Assembly: GCA_965205215.1 (NCBI GenBank)
Contig: OZ242041.1
Span: 1,504,001-1,568,000, forward strand
DNA from: Nitrosopumilus sp.
Lineage (GTDB): Archaea; Thermoproteota; Nitrososphaeria; Nitrososphaerales; Nitrosopumilaceae
Direction: 5' to 3'
DNA: 64,000 nt
In this document: positions 1 through 9,790 of the stretch, one piece after another
How positions within the stretch are numbered: the first letter of the stretch is position 1
How the letters are laid out: each line of letters starts with the position of its first letter
The notes under the pieces: model-generated
The model's input: only the letters and a program-made list of their open reading frames with translations
Told to the model about the DNA's origin: nothing
The model's database searches: none
Position numbers and translations under genes: made by a program

Positions 1-761
1 TCGTACCGCATCAGGTACTTTTGGTCGCCGCGCTGCGCCGTCAGGGGGTGCACGGAGTCCGAGGAGGGGGCAAAGCAGCTATAGTACGAGACCCCCGAGA
101 TCGAGGGGTCCGCGCGCATCTCAAACGGCACGATCTGCCCCGGCGCGACCGACCCGAGGGGCTCGCTGCGGGCCGCGTCAAGCACCGAGGCGTCGCCGTG
201 GACGACGGCCCACAGCACCGGGTCCTCCAGCGTGCTGCTGCCGGAGTTCACCGCAAGTCCGGACAGGTGACCGCCGGGGTGCACCACCAGGGTGTGGTCG
301 TACAGCACGTCAAGCGTGGCCGTACGCGCGACGCCGGCTGCGGGCTCCATGTCGTATCCGGACAGCCCGGCGTGCGGCGACGCGTCCGGCACCTTTACCT
401 TGAACGGGAGCTCCCCTCCGGATGGTATCGCGCCGTACGGCACCTCTATCTCGTACGAGCGGGGCCCGTCTGAGACGTGCAGGAACAGTAGCGGCCTTGC
501 ATCCCACGGGTATCCGTTCTTTACGTTGCCCGTTATGGTGTAGACGCCGTTTGCGTCAACGTACGTGGCAAGCTCTCCCGACAGCATCACCAGCTGCCGG
601 GGCACGTCGTCAGCGGACGCGTCGTTCTGGTCCGACCCATAATTGTAATAATAATCGCCCTCATAAGCTGACGCAGCGCCGGCATGCGACACGGCCGCTG
701 CAGCTATTGCAAGGGAGGCGGCAAGCAGCGTAATATGGCGACGGCGGCACGTTCCGACCAC
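1..761 (-). CDS. Secreted thaumarchaeal protein, FxLYD-like Ig-fold domain (partial, runs off the window start)
   Basis: Not in the ORF track; translated by hand. GTG at 761 gives a signal peptide (RRRHITLLAASLAIAAAAVSHAGAASA), then YVDANGVYTITGNVKN...IPSGGELPFKVKVP...LDVLYDHTLVVHPGGHLSG. The frame is open as far as read toward the window edge. Confidence 0.6.
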   Translation of the reverse strand, partial: MVGTCRRRHITLLAASLAIAAAAVSHAGAASAYEGDYYYNYGSDQNDASADDVPRQLVMLSGELATYVDANGVYTITGNVKNGYPWDARPLLFLHVSDGPRSYEIEVPYGAIPSGGELPFKVKVPDASPHAGLSGYDMEPAAGVARTATLDVLYDHTLVVHPGGHLSGLAVNSGSSTLEDPVLWAVVHGDASVLDAARSEPLGSVAPGQIVPFEMRADPSISGVSYYSCFAPSSDSVHPLTAQRGDQKYLMRY

Positions 762-933
762 ACATCCGCGCAGAAAAGCGCCGGCCCCGCAGCTCATGCG
801 CTGTATGGGACTGTGGGCAATATACAGTTTTGATCATGGAATCCGGTTCGGGCCGGGCGTCACCTGCAAACTCGGTTGGGTTTGCGGTTCTGTCCAAGTC
901 AACGTCTAAATTTACCGCGCGCCGCGCCCTTGG

Positions 934-1695
934 TTGTTGATCCACGGACCGTCCATCGGAATAGGCGCGGGCATAACGGCCGCAGTTACGGTGGCGGTGT
1001 TTCTGGCCCTGCAAGGGGCGGTGGAGGATGGCGGCGGCGAAGACAACGTACTCGTCATGATTCCATCCGACGCGGACAAGGTGATGCAGCCGCAGCAGCA
1101 GCAGCAGCAGGATGAAACCCCCACTGTTGCATCAATGCTTCTTGAGAACGGCTCGCCCATACTGGGAAGCACGTCTGCTCCAATAACGCTCGTCGAGTTC
1201 GGGGACTACCAGTGTCACTTTTGCAACGTCTTCTATCACGAGACGGAGGGCAGGATACTGGAGGACTATGTGGATGCGGGCAAGGTGCGCATCATATTCA
1301 AGGACTACCACATCATAGGGCCCGACTCGGTGGAGGCCTCGCACGGGGCTCACTGCGCCGGGGGCCAGGGACTGTTCTGGGAGTACCACGATGTCCTGTA
1401 CGAGAACTGGACGGGGGAGAACAACGGGTGGGCGTCTTATGGGAACCTCGAGGGGTTTGCATCAGAGATGCCGGGGCTGGACCTTGGCGAGTGGGTGCAG
1501 TGCATGCAGGACAAGCCGTATTCCGCGGCCATACTTGCAAGCAACCGGGACGCAAAGGCGCTCGGGCTCTCCGCCACTCCGTCGTTCTTTGTGATAGGGC
1601 CCGACGGCGAGGCCAGCCGGGTGGTGGGGGCGCAGCCGTATGAATTCTTTGCAGACATATTCGATGCCAAGCTTGCAGGCGCGGGTCTGCAGTAG
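934..1695 (+). CDS. DsbA-family thioredoxin-fold oxidoreductase with N-terminal membrane anchor
   Basis: LGSTSAPITLVEFGDYQCHFC (CxxC), ATPSFFV (cis-Pro motif), hydrophobic N-terminus, poly-Q linker. Confidence 0.9.
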   Translation: MLIHGPSIGIGAGITAAVTVAVFLALQGAVEDGGGEDNVLVMIPSDADKVMQPQQQQQQDETPTVASMLLENGSPILGSTSAPITLVEFGDYQCHFCNVFYHETEGRILEDYVDAGKVRIIFKDYHIIGPDSVEASHGAHCAGGQGLFWEYHDVLYENWTGENNGWASYGNLEGFASEMPGLDLGEWVQCMQDKPYSAAILASNRDAKALGLSATPSFFVIGPDGEASRVVGAQPYEFFADIFDAKLAGAGLQ

Positions 1696-2072
1696 GCGCG
1701 GATGGCAAGGCGGGCGGAGGCTCCCGTCGACCAAGTACCGCTTGCGGCCGCAAAAAACCCGCGCCATTCGCACACCCCCTTCGACTTTCGCAGGTGGGAA
1801 AAAGGCGCACGCGGCAGGATGTTGCAGACAGGTGCCGCGACCTCCGCATTGGTGCGCTCGAATCTGCCGCAATGCCGCGCCGCCGATCAACTGTGGCCAA
1901 CGCGCCGCGCAACCCCTTTGTGCAACACATGTTTGGCGCGCGCAAAAATAAACAAACAAAGACAAACCCCGCGCCAATAATACGGTAATTATATGCGGTA
2001 TTCCACGCCGCACCCGAACACCGCGCGGGCAAGTCGCAAAGCCTTATTAGTAAATCCGAACGAATCAGGCGC

Positions 2073-3467
2073 ATGGCCGCAGGCATAGACGACATTGCAA
2101 TATACATTCCGAGGTTGTATCTGGACGCGTCGGACTTTGCATCGGCGCGCGGACTCGACCCCGTAAAGCTGGAGAAGGGACTGGGCGTCTCGCAGATGGC
2201 GATGGTCGACGCGGACCAGGATCCGGCATGCCTCGCGGCAAACGCGTGCCTTAAGATAATGCAGAGGAACAACCTCTCGCCGTCGGACATCGGCAGGCTG
2301 TACGTCTCCACGGAGTCGTCGTTTGACGAGTCGAAGGCCATGAACTCGTACGTGGTGGGCATGCTGGAGCAGGTGTACGGGCCCGGCACCTTTGAGCACT
2401 GCGGCGGCGTCGAGACAAAGTTTGCGTGCGTGAGCGGCTCATACGCGCTGTACGACAACACGAACTGGATACGCGCAGGCGAGTCCGAGGACCAGTACGC
2501 CATGGTGGTGGTGTCGGACATTGCAAAGTATGACCTAGAGTCCGGTGGCGAGATGACCCAGGGGGCGGGGGCGGTGGTAATGCTGCTCTCCGACGAGCCC
2601 CGGCTGCTCTCCTTTGACCCGCGCGTCACGGCCACGTCGATAAAGGACGAATACGACTTTTACAGGCCGTTTGGCAAGGAGACGCCAATCGTCCACGGCG
2701 AGTACTCCAACATGCTGTACATGATGCAGGTGAAAAAGGCGCTCGAGACGTACAAGAAAAAGGTCAGGACCGCGGGGCTGATCGACGTGGGCCCCGAAGG
2801 CACCATACTTGACCACATGGACTACATCAATATGCACCTGCCATACAGCAAGATGGGCAAAAAGGCGCTCGCGTACCTGGTGCGGCACGAGTGGCGCCAC
2901 CTGCCTAGGTGGAGGGATGTGCTGCGGGACATCGGCATGGAGGAGCCCGTGCCCAAGGATCCGCGCGGCACGATAGAGTCGGTGCTGGCCGACAGGGACT
3001 TTATGCAGAGGGACAAGGAGTTTACGAGGCGGTTCACAGAGACTGCGCAGTACCGGGAGGTCTACGAGTCAAAGCTCGCAAGCTCCCTGGTCGCGTCCAG
3101 AATGATAGGCAACCTGTACACGGCGTCGCTGTACCTGGGGTTCCGCAGCTGCCTGGAGTTCGAGTACAAAAAGGGCGTTGACCTTGAGGGCAGGCGCATC
3201 GGGTTTGGCTCGTACGGGAGCGGAAGCAGCGCCATGGTGTTCAGCGGCGTGGTGCAGCGCGGATACGAGGAGATTGTAAAGGAGATGGACCTGGAGTCCG
3301 AGATTGGCAGCCGCCGCAAGCTCACGTGGGACGAGTACGTGCAGCTGCACGAGAACCAGCTGCGCCCGGAGGAGTCCCTGGCAGACGGCAGGGGGGAGTT
3401 CGTCCTGGTGGGGATAAACACGGACAAGGAGTCAAGCGGCGAGCGCCACTACAGGTACAACGGGTGA
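2073..3467 (+). CDS. hmgS: Hydroxymethylglutaryl-CoA synthase
   Basis: GIDDIAIYIP, STESSFDESK, ETKFACVSG (catalytic Cys), DIAKY, TQGAGA, HLPY, GNLYTASLYL, SYGSG. Confidence 0.95.
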   Translation: MAAGIDDIAIYIPRLYLDASDFASARGLDPVKLEKGLGVSQMAMVDADQDPACLAANACLKIMQRNNLSPSDIGRLYVSTESSFDESKAMNSYVVGMLEQVYGPGTFEHCGGVETKFACVSGSYALYDNTNWIRAGESEDQYAMVVVSDIAKYDLESGGEMTQGAGAVVMLLSDEPRLLSFDPRVTATSIKDEYDFYRPFGKETPIVHGEYSNMLYMMQVKKALETYKKKVRTAGLIDVGPEGTILDHMDYINMHLPYSKMGKKALAYLVRHEWRHLPRWRDVLRDIGMEEPVPKDPRGTIESVLADRDFMQRDKEFTRRFTETAQYREVYESKLASSLVASRMIGNLYTASLYLGFRSCLEFEYKKGVDLEGRRIGFGSYGSGSSAMVFSGVVQRGYEEIVKEMDLESEIGSRRKLTWDEYVQLHENQLRPEESLADGRGEFVLVGINTDKESSGERHYRYNG

Positions 3468-3478
3468 CGGCTGCCGCA

Positions 3479-4135
3479 ATGCCTGGACGCGGGGATGCAC
3501 ACGCGGCGCGCGACGGCGACGGCGATGAATTAGCATCAGATAACGGCACACCGGACGACGAGGCCGCAGACCGCGTAAAGGCCGTCCTGTTTGAGCACAT
3601 ACAAGAGTCAGACGCCGTGCCGCGCCTGGTCGCGGCAGGCCGCCCCGGCATGGCCGCGCAGGATATGGTGCGCGCGTGCCACGATAAAGTCGCGGGGCTC
3701 TGCGGAACCCCCGGCATGGCGCACGGGGTGCTTGCAACCGGCATCATGCACTACGTGCTGACCCGGATGCTCGTAAGAAGCCAGAGGGGCATACGCCACG
3801 GCGGCGAGGATCTCGACATTGTGATGCCCGACGCGAAAACGCTTGCAGAGGATCCCGGCAGGGCGCTCGTGATATGCGTGCCGAAGACCGCGGACGCCCC
3901 TGCCATACGCGGCGCGCTGCGCGGGGCCCGAAGGGCGCAGCCGGAGCCGGGCAACGTGTGGCTGGTGCTCTCCGAGGAGGCCGCAAAGGGCGGCCCGTAC
4001 GGCGCAAAGAGCTTTGTCATGACAGGGGACGGCGGCAGCTTTGCGCGCATCTTTGCAGATATTCGGGAGTTTCTTGACCGCACTAGCACGGAGGGGGCCG
4101 GCTCAAAGAGGCTCCGCATACTCGGCGGGGCATGA
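3479..4135 (+). CDS. Conserved thaumarchaeal hypothetical protein (possible nuclease-like fold)
   Basis: Follows hmgS on the same strand; LATGIMHYVLT...SQRGI...DLDIVMPDAKTL; converges on the bioD stop. Confidence 0.6.
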   Translation: MPGRGDAHAARDGDGDELASDNGTPDDEAADRVKAVLFEHIQESDAVPRLVAAGRPGMAAQDMVRACHDKVAGLCGTPGMAHGVLATGIMHYVLTRMLVRSQRGIRHGGEDLDIVMPDAKTLAEDPGRALVICVPKTADAPAIRGALRGARRAQPEPGNVWLVLSEEAAKGGPYGAKSFVMTGDGGSFARIFADIREFLDRTSTEGAGSKRLRILGGA

Positions 4136-4138
4136 CGG

Positions 4139-4861
4139 CTATGCCCCTGCAATCTGGGACACGTCAAGCAGCCTTCCCACCGCCTGGGACGTGGTCTGCC
4201 TTGCTCCCGCCGCTGCCTCCCCTGCAGCGGCCTCCGGCATCGGGGGGACGAACCCCAGTATGTTAAAGCCGCACAGCTCCTCCAGGTCCTGCTCAAGCAC
4301 GTGCCTGTCATACCTGTCAGAGTCCGGGCGCCCCGCCCCGCCGTTGATTACAATTCCGCGCACCGTAACGTTTGAGCGGCGGCATGCGTCGACCGTCATT
4401 ATGGTGTGGTTTATGGCCCCCAGCACGTTGGGGCAGACCACTACGGCGGGTATCCCCATGTCGGCAATCAGGTCCGCCACAGAGTAGCTGCGCAGTATGG
4501 GGGTCATCACGCCCCCAATGCCCTCAACTACCACCACGTCGTGCATACCCTCTATCTCCTCGTAGCACTCGAGGACGCGGTTTATGTCCGGCTTGGGCTC
4601 GCCCCCGCGCATCCACGCGGTGTATGGGGAGGCGGCCATCGTATACCTGTGCGGGCAGACCAGGTGGGGAGGGTCGTCGCCGGAGCCTGCCGCGTCCCCG
4701 AGTACGGCCGCGTCCCCGTCGACGTCCCCCGGGGCGCCGGCGGCAAACGGCTTCATGACTCCGACTGAGGCGCCCCGGCGGCGCAGGGCGGCCGCAATGC
4801 CTGCCGCAACGTACGTCTTGCCGACGCCCGTGTCGGTGCCGGTCACAAATACGGATTCCAT
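4139..4861 (-). CDS. bioD: Dethiobiotin synthase
   Basis: VFVTGTDTGVGKT P-loop, MKPFAAG, VVEGIGG, LGAINHT. Confidence 0.95.
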   Translation of the reverse strand: MESVFVTGTDTGVGKTYVAAGIAAALRRRGASVGVMKPFAAGAPGDVDGDAAVLGDAAGSGDDPPHLVCPHRYTMAASPYTAWMRGGEPKPDINRVLECYEEIEGMHDVVVVEGIGGVMTPILRSYSVADLIADMGIPAVVVCPNVLGAINHTIMTVDACRRSNVTVRGIVINGGAGRPDSDRYDRHVLEQDLEELCGFNILGFVPPMPEAAAGEAAAGARQTTSQAVGRLLDVSQIAGA

Positions 4862-5688
4862 GTCGCTGTCACTACGGGTGCAGCCTGATTAATGACTCAA
4901 TCGGTAGGCACTGCGCCGTCCGGACCGCCACGCCACGCACGGCCCTGCAAGCGGCCGGACTCGCGTTACACTTGGACAGACAGAGACTAACTCGCGCGCG
5001 ACAATCCCGAAACGATCGGGGGCCGCCTGACGGCGGCCCTCCACCCCCCCACGTACAGACGGGCCCTGCGGCCCGACCGTCCCGCAAAAAGCATGCCTGG
5101 CCGGCAGCGCGCCGGCAGTTATCACATCCAACCCTCCCGCGATATCCCGACTCCCGGAGCGGACGAAAAGATTTGGAGCGCGTATTAGAAAACCGGCAAC
5201 CGGCGCGACGCATCACACAATCGCCACACACTAGGGGATCTGAGCGGATCCGGATACCTCCCCCCTCCCCTCCAACTAGCAGATTCCAGGCACGGGTGTC
5301 GTCAATGTCTTCGACTTTGTAGACTTTGTAGACTTTGGCAGGAGCCAGGCACAGGCACCCGCGGCCATACCCACGTAGGGGCTCTGACCCAGCATTCGCA
5401 GCCAGCCCATGGCTACGCCGTGCCGGGAGGGAGGGAGGGGGGGAGGGGGGGAAAGTGGTGTATGGCGCCGATACAAATGCGCGGCGCGTAAATTACCGGC
5501 AAGTGCGACAGTAGCGCGCTCCCGTAAAACCTCACAAAAAGAAAAGGCTCTGCTCTCACCTTGCTCCATCCGCATACATTCTACCCTCGAGAGAGGGGGA
5601 AGGCGCAACAGGGGCGACTTTCGAAATCTCAGACCCGTCCAAGGTGTGCTCCTACGCGCGGCAGTGGGTGGCAGGTGTGGCGCTGCGG

Positions 5689-6500
5689 CTACCTGCATAC
5701 CCGGGGCGGTTGCGGCGGCGGGGGCGTCACGGGCGGCGTGCCGGTGCCGGTGCCGGTGGTGGTGGTGACCGAAACCGTATCTGAGGGTTCCGACTGGCCT
5801 CCGGGCCCCAGGGCGGCCACGGCAAACTCGTACGTGGTGCCGGGCGCCAGGCCCCGTACGGTGTATGAGGCGGCGGCCGAACCGGTGTCCGGCACCAGTA
5901 CGGCCAGCCCGGGCCGGACCTCCGGGATCCCGTACAGTATCGCGTAGCCGGTTATGGCGGCGTCGCCGGGGTCGTCCCAGGCAAGGGTCACGGAGGAGGC
6001 GTTGGCGCCAAGGGCCGCAAGGTTTGCGGGCGCGGCGGGGGGCGGGGGCGCGCCGGGGAGGCGCTCGGAGAGCAGCACGGCCCCCTCAAAGCCCGACGAT
6101 ACGGGGGCCGAGGCCGCGTCAGTCGCCACCAGTATTGTCCCGGGGCCGAAGAATGCGGCGCCGACCGGGGCCGTAGGCGAGGCCGGGATGTCCAGCGTGT
6201 GGGACGGGGCGGCGGGGGCCGTGGACAGGTCGAAGGGGGTGGACAGCGGGTACGACAGTATGAGGCCGCCGCCCGATGCCGTGAGCGGGGCCGTCGTTAC
6301 AAGCATGGTGGCGCCGTCGGCAGAAAAGTCCATGTCGGACAGGACGCCGTGGCGGGGCTGCACGAAGAACGAAAAGGAGGCGGCCGCCGTGGACGGGTCG
6401 AACGGGGTGGACAGCGAGTAGGAGTGTATGAAGCCGCCGCCCGCGGGGGCGGAGAGGGCCACGTACATGGAGGAGCCGTCCGCCGAGAATGCGGCAGCGG
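5689..6500 (-). pseudogene. Headless fragment of a beta-propeller-repeat surface protein with a fibronectin type III domain
   Basis: Repeats FSADGSSMYV...YSLSTPFDPSTA and FSADGATMLV...YPLSTPFDLSTA. Fn3 domain (PAAPANL..SVTLAWD..ITGYAILY..YTVRGLAPGTTYEFAVAA). The frame begins mid-repeat with no signal peptide; DNA is very GC-rich. Confidence 0.7.
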
Positions 6501-6545
6501 GGCAAAATTCTGTTTATATTGGAAGGGCGGGCCTGTCCGTCCATC

Positions 6546-7907
6546 ATGAATGCGGGGGAGTCAAACGTGTGGCATCCAAACACGCAGATGTCCGAGTGGG
6601 ACGCGTTTGACTCGATATCCCGGGGCGACGGGGTCTGGCTCACGGACTCAAAGGGCTTTAGGATGATAGACGGGGTCGCCTCCATGTGGTGCAACGTGTG
6701 GGGGCACTCCAACGGGGAGATGGTGCGCGCCATTTCAAGGCAGGCCGCAAGGCTGCAGCACTCGCCCCTGTTCAACCTGACCCACGAGCCGGCAGAAAAA
6801 CTGGCCCGCGGCCTGGTGGGCATGTCGCCGGGAATGCACCGCGTGCTGTACTCTGAGAACGGCTCGTCGGCGGTGGAGACGGCGATAAAGGTGGCGTTTC
6901 AGTACTGGACAAACGAGGGGGATGCGGGGCGCACTGCAATCGCGTCGCTTGAGCGCGGATACCACGGCGACACGCTGGGGGCCATGTCGGCGGGGCACGT
7001 GCCGGAGTTCTTTGAGAGGTACAGGCAGCACATGTTTGACGCAGTGGAGCTGCCGGTTCCGGTGCAGGGCGGCGCGAATTCCGGCGGTAGCGGCGGCGGG
7101 GAGGCGGCAGCGGCACCCGAGACGCTGCAGCGCTGCATAGAGGACATATCCGACGTTCTGTCCGCCCGGAGGGGCGAGATTGCCGCCGTAATAATGGAGA
7201 GCGGGGCCCAGATGGCCGGCGGCGTCCGGATCTTCGAGCCGTCGTTCCAAGAGCAGGTCAGCGGCATCTGCAGGGAAAACGACATACTGCTGATCGTCGA
7301 CGAGATAGCCACGGGGTTTGGCAGGCTGGGGCCCATGTGCGTGTACTCGGCCGAGCGCTCAAAGCCGGACATTGCGGTGTACGGAAAGATGCTGACGGGG
7401 GGATACCTCCCGCTTGCGGCCACCCTGGCCACGAGAAGGGTGTACGAGTCGTTCCTCGGCGCGTACGACGAGCAGCGCCACCTGTTTCACGGCCACACGT
7501 TTGCGGGAAACCCGATTGCGGCGGCGGCGGCAAACAAGAACCTCTCGATGTACAAGAAATACGACATGGTGTCACACGTGTCAAAGGCCTCAAAAACGCT
7601 GGCAGACCGTATTGCCGAGCACATGTCGGGCATGGAGGAAGTCGGCGAGATCAGGTGCAGGGGGCTGGTGGCAGGAATCGAGCTGGCCGCCGGCGGGAGC
7701 ACAGCCGATGCGGCGCCCCCTGGGGCGTCGGCCAACCGTACCATATACGAGGCGGGCAGAAGGAACGGCGTGTACCTGCGCACACTTGGGAACGTCGTAA
7801 TGCTGGTGCCCCCGCTTGCGATAACCGCGCCCGAGATCGGCATGCTGGTGGAAAGGACGGCAAAGACCATCAGGGACGCGGCCCCCTCCCTTCCCAGGGG
7901 TGCGTGA
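6546..7907 (+). CDS. bioA: Adenosylmethionine-8-amino-7-oxononanoate aminotransferase (DAPA synthase)
   Basis: VWHPNTQM, IDGVASMWCNVWGH, GYHGDT, LIVDEIATGFGRLG, GKMLTGGYLP, FHGHTFAGNP. Confidence 0.95.
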   Translation: MNAGESNVWHPNTQMSEWDAFDSISRGDGVWLTDSKGFRMIDGVASMWCNVWGHSNGEMVRAISRQAARLQHSPLFNLTHEPAEKLARGLVGMSPGMHRVLYSENGSSAVETAIKVAFQYWTNEGDAGRTAIASLERGYHGDTLGAMSAGHVPEFFERYRQHMFDAVELPVPVQGGANSGGSGGGEAAAAPETLQRCIEDISDVLSARRGEIAAVIMESGAQMAGGVRIFEPSFQEQVSGICRENDILLIVDEIATGFGRLGPMCVYSAERSKPDIAVYGKMLTGGYLPLAATLATRRVYESFLGAYDEQRHLFHGHTFAGNPIAAAAANKNLSMYKKYDMVSHVSKASKTLADRIAEHMSGMEEVGEIRCRGLVAGIELAAGGSTADAAPPGASANRTIYEAGRRNGVYLRTLGNVVMLVPPLAITAPEIGMLVERTAKTIRDAAPSLPRGA

Positions 7908-7950
7908 CGGCCGCGGCCAAGGCAGCGATCGACGCACTCGCCAAAGTCGT

Positions 7951-8463
7951 TCAGGAAGTCTGGGCCATAAACCGGATTGCATGCTTTATCTTGATGCGCT
8001 CCGTATCGGACTTGGCAAGGCGCCCAATTTCGTCCCAGTTGATCCTGGGCCCGCAGCGAATTGCCAGCCTCCTCAGATCCTCCAGATCCTGGTCGCGTCC
8101 CGCCCTGAACTTTGCAACTGCCAGTCCTTCCAAGGAGATGGCGTTGACGGTTGTCCCTTTCTTGCCTACCCGAATCGCCTCCGCCGTCTCGATTATGTCC
8201 TGCAGCGGAATGCCGTTCAAGTCCCGCCCGTGGTACACGTCGATCTTGTATCCCCTCGGCGTGAATTTATCGTCATTCCGCGGATCGATTGTATATCCCT
8301 TGGCCAAAAACTCGTCGACCGTTATCTGCGCGGCAACGACAAAATCCAGATCCATTGATTGCCGCTGCTCGCCGGTATGTAGCATGACTGCGACTGCCCC
8401 GACAAACGTGGCGTGCTCAAAATCCCGCGAGATGAGAACGGCCTCCCTAACGATCGGCATCAT
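7951..8463 (-). CDS. AbiEii-like nucleotidyltransferase (putative type IV TA toxin)
   Basis: FVGAVAVMLH...RQSMDLDF (G.A...R.[ST].D.D motif), KIDVY, LAVAKFRAGRDQDLEDL. Confidence 0.75.
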   Translation of the reverse strand: MMPIVREAVLISRDFEHATFVGAVAVMLHTGEQRQSMDLDFVVAAQITVDEFLAKGYTIDPRNDDKFTPRGYKIDVYHGRDLNGIPLQDIIETAEAIRVGKKGTTVNAISLEGLAVAKFRAGRDQDLEDLRRLAIRCGPRINWDEIGRLAKSDTERIKIKHAIRFMAQTS

Positions 8464-9133
8464 TTGCGGGCAGGCCCCCCTGAACCTGCAGTATGGTGTC
8501 CCCTGCGAACCTGACCCTGGTCTTTATCGAGTTCCCGTGGGTCAGCATGATTGCCGCGGCGTCAAGAAAGCTTCTTCCGCCGTTTGCTACGCAGTCTAGA
8601 AAGATCCTCTCGATCCGGTTTTCAAAGGAGCCGATCCTCGGAAGAAGCACGACGCTCCCCCTTTTGCCTTCCCTGAACCCGTGTCTCTTCAGGAGCTGGG
8701 AGACGCCTTCCACGTCGTCGACGTAGACGTGGAAGTCTAGCGGGGTCTGAAACCCCGTCAGGTCGTAGGCCCCGTGGTCAAGCGTTACGATCGAGTCTTC
8801 CGGAAGGAGCCGCCTCACAAAGCTGGCGTCAGTCGGCTTGTAGTGCCTCCCAAACCTTCTGGCTTTCTTGAGTGACATGAGCGAAGAGGCGATGCTTTGC
8901 AAAACCGGGTATGGTTGGGACACGACCTCCCTCTTTATGGTGAATTTGCCGCGGACGTACTCTGCCAGCCCCAGCTCCGCCAGGCGGATCAGCCTCCTTC
9001 GGATGGTCCTGCCAGACGGGCCGACCCTGCCCAGGCTCCTCAGATCGTAGATCGGACTGGGGGGCAGCTCCTGCGCGAATACGATCGCGCTCTTCGCCTT
9101 TGCAATCTTCGACGTCCATTCGTTCGTGTTCAT
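8447..9133 (-). CDS. AbiEi-like transcriptional regulator (putative type IV TA antitoxin)
   Basis: N-terminal winged HTH (RTIRRRLIRLAELGLAEY), TLDHGAYDLT...FHVYV, IFLDCVANGGRSFLDAA; overlaps the start of the NTase gene. Confidence 0.65.
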   Translation of the reverse strand: MNTNEWTSKIAKAKSAIVFAQELPPSPIYDLRSLGRVGPSGRTIRRRLIRLAELGLAEYVRGKFTIKREVVSQPYPVLQSIASSLMSLKKARRFGRHYKPTDASFVRRLLPEDSIVTLDHGAYDLTGFQTPLDFHVYVDDVEGVSQLLKRHGFREGKRGSVVLLPRIGSFENRIERIFLDCVANGGRSFLDAAAIMLTHGNSIKTRVRFAGDTILQVQGGLPANDADR

Positions 9134-9289
9134 GTTGTATTAGTAGTATGTGCAATATATTTAAGTTCTGGACAAAAGTATCTCTTTACATATAAAATAA
9201 CACAAAAAAGCGGAACCCCAAGGGACAGTCCCGCAGCGCGCGCAGGATACGACTTCCCGGATTTTCCTCCAAGAGATCTGCCGCCATGT

Positions 9290-9737
9290 ACGCCCCGGCG
9301 GCCGACGCAGAAGGCCTCGGCCCTGGCGGGGCAGACCGTGCGCATCGCGTTGCGGAACCGCCTCCCCGTGGGCATCCTTTTCGAGGCCCCGAGGTTCCTG
9401 GCCGCGGCCTCGGCAGTCGTGCTCCTGCTGCACATCTCGATCAGGATTGCCGTCCACTCCGGCAGCCCGTACCGCGTCCTGCGTTTTGTCGAAAAAGACA
9501 CGCCAGACACGGCCGGCAGGCCGGACAAGATGTTAACGATCCTCGAGCCCGCACCTTCGCGGCGCGCCTGCCCGCCCTTTTGCCTATGCACCATGGGGCG
9601 GGCAAGGACGTCGTCATATGGATCCGGTGGCATCTGAGCACGTCATAAGGGCAGTCTGGGCATTATGGCGCAGCTGGGCAATGCACGAATCCGATACCAC
9701 TGGAACCGGACGTGTCCTGCTTCAGTTCCGTCTACTG
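9290..9737 (-). mobile_element. Remnant of an insertion sequence, probably ISH3/IS4-like (5' end and N-terminal transposase fragment)
   Basis: Peptide SFSTKRRTRYGLPEWTAILIEMCSRSTTAEAAARNL..MPTGRRFRNAM resembles ISH3-type transposase N-termini. Candidate terminal IR CAGTAGACGGAACTG reads inward from 9737. No DDE core and no second IR. Confidence 0.45.
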
Positions 9738-9790
9738 GCGTGGCCCCAAATGCATTATAAGAGGTTTTGAGTGATTTCAAGGCGTAAACC

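Noticed and set aside
4862-5680. ORFs in the gap upstream of bioD, including a 9-bp GACTTTGTA repeat near 5313-5338
   Set aside because: No coding-like composition or motif; treated as degenerate intergenic DNA
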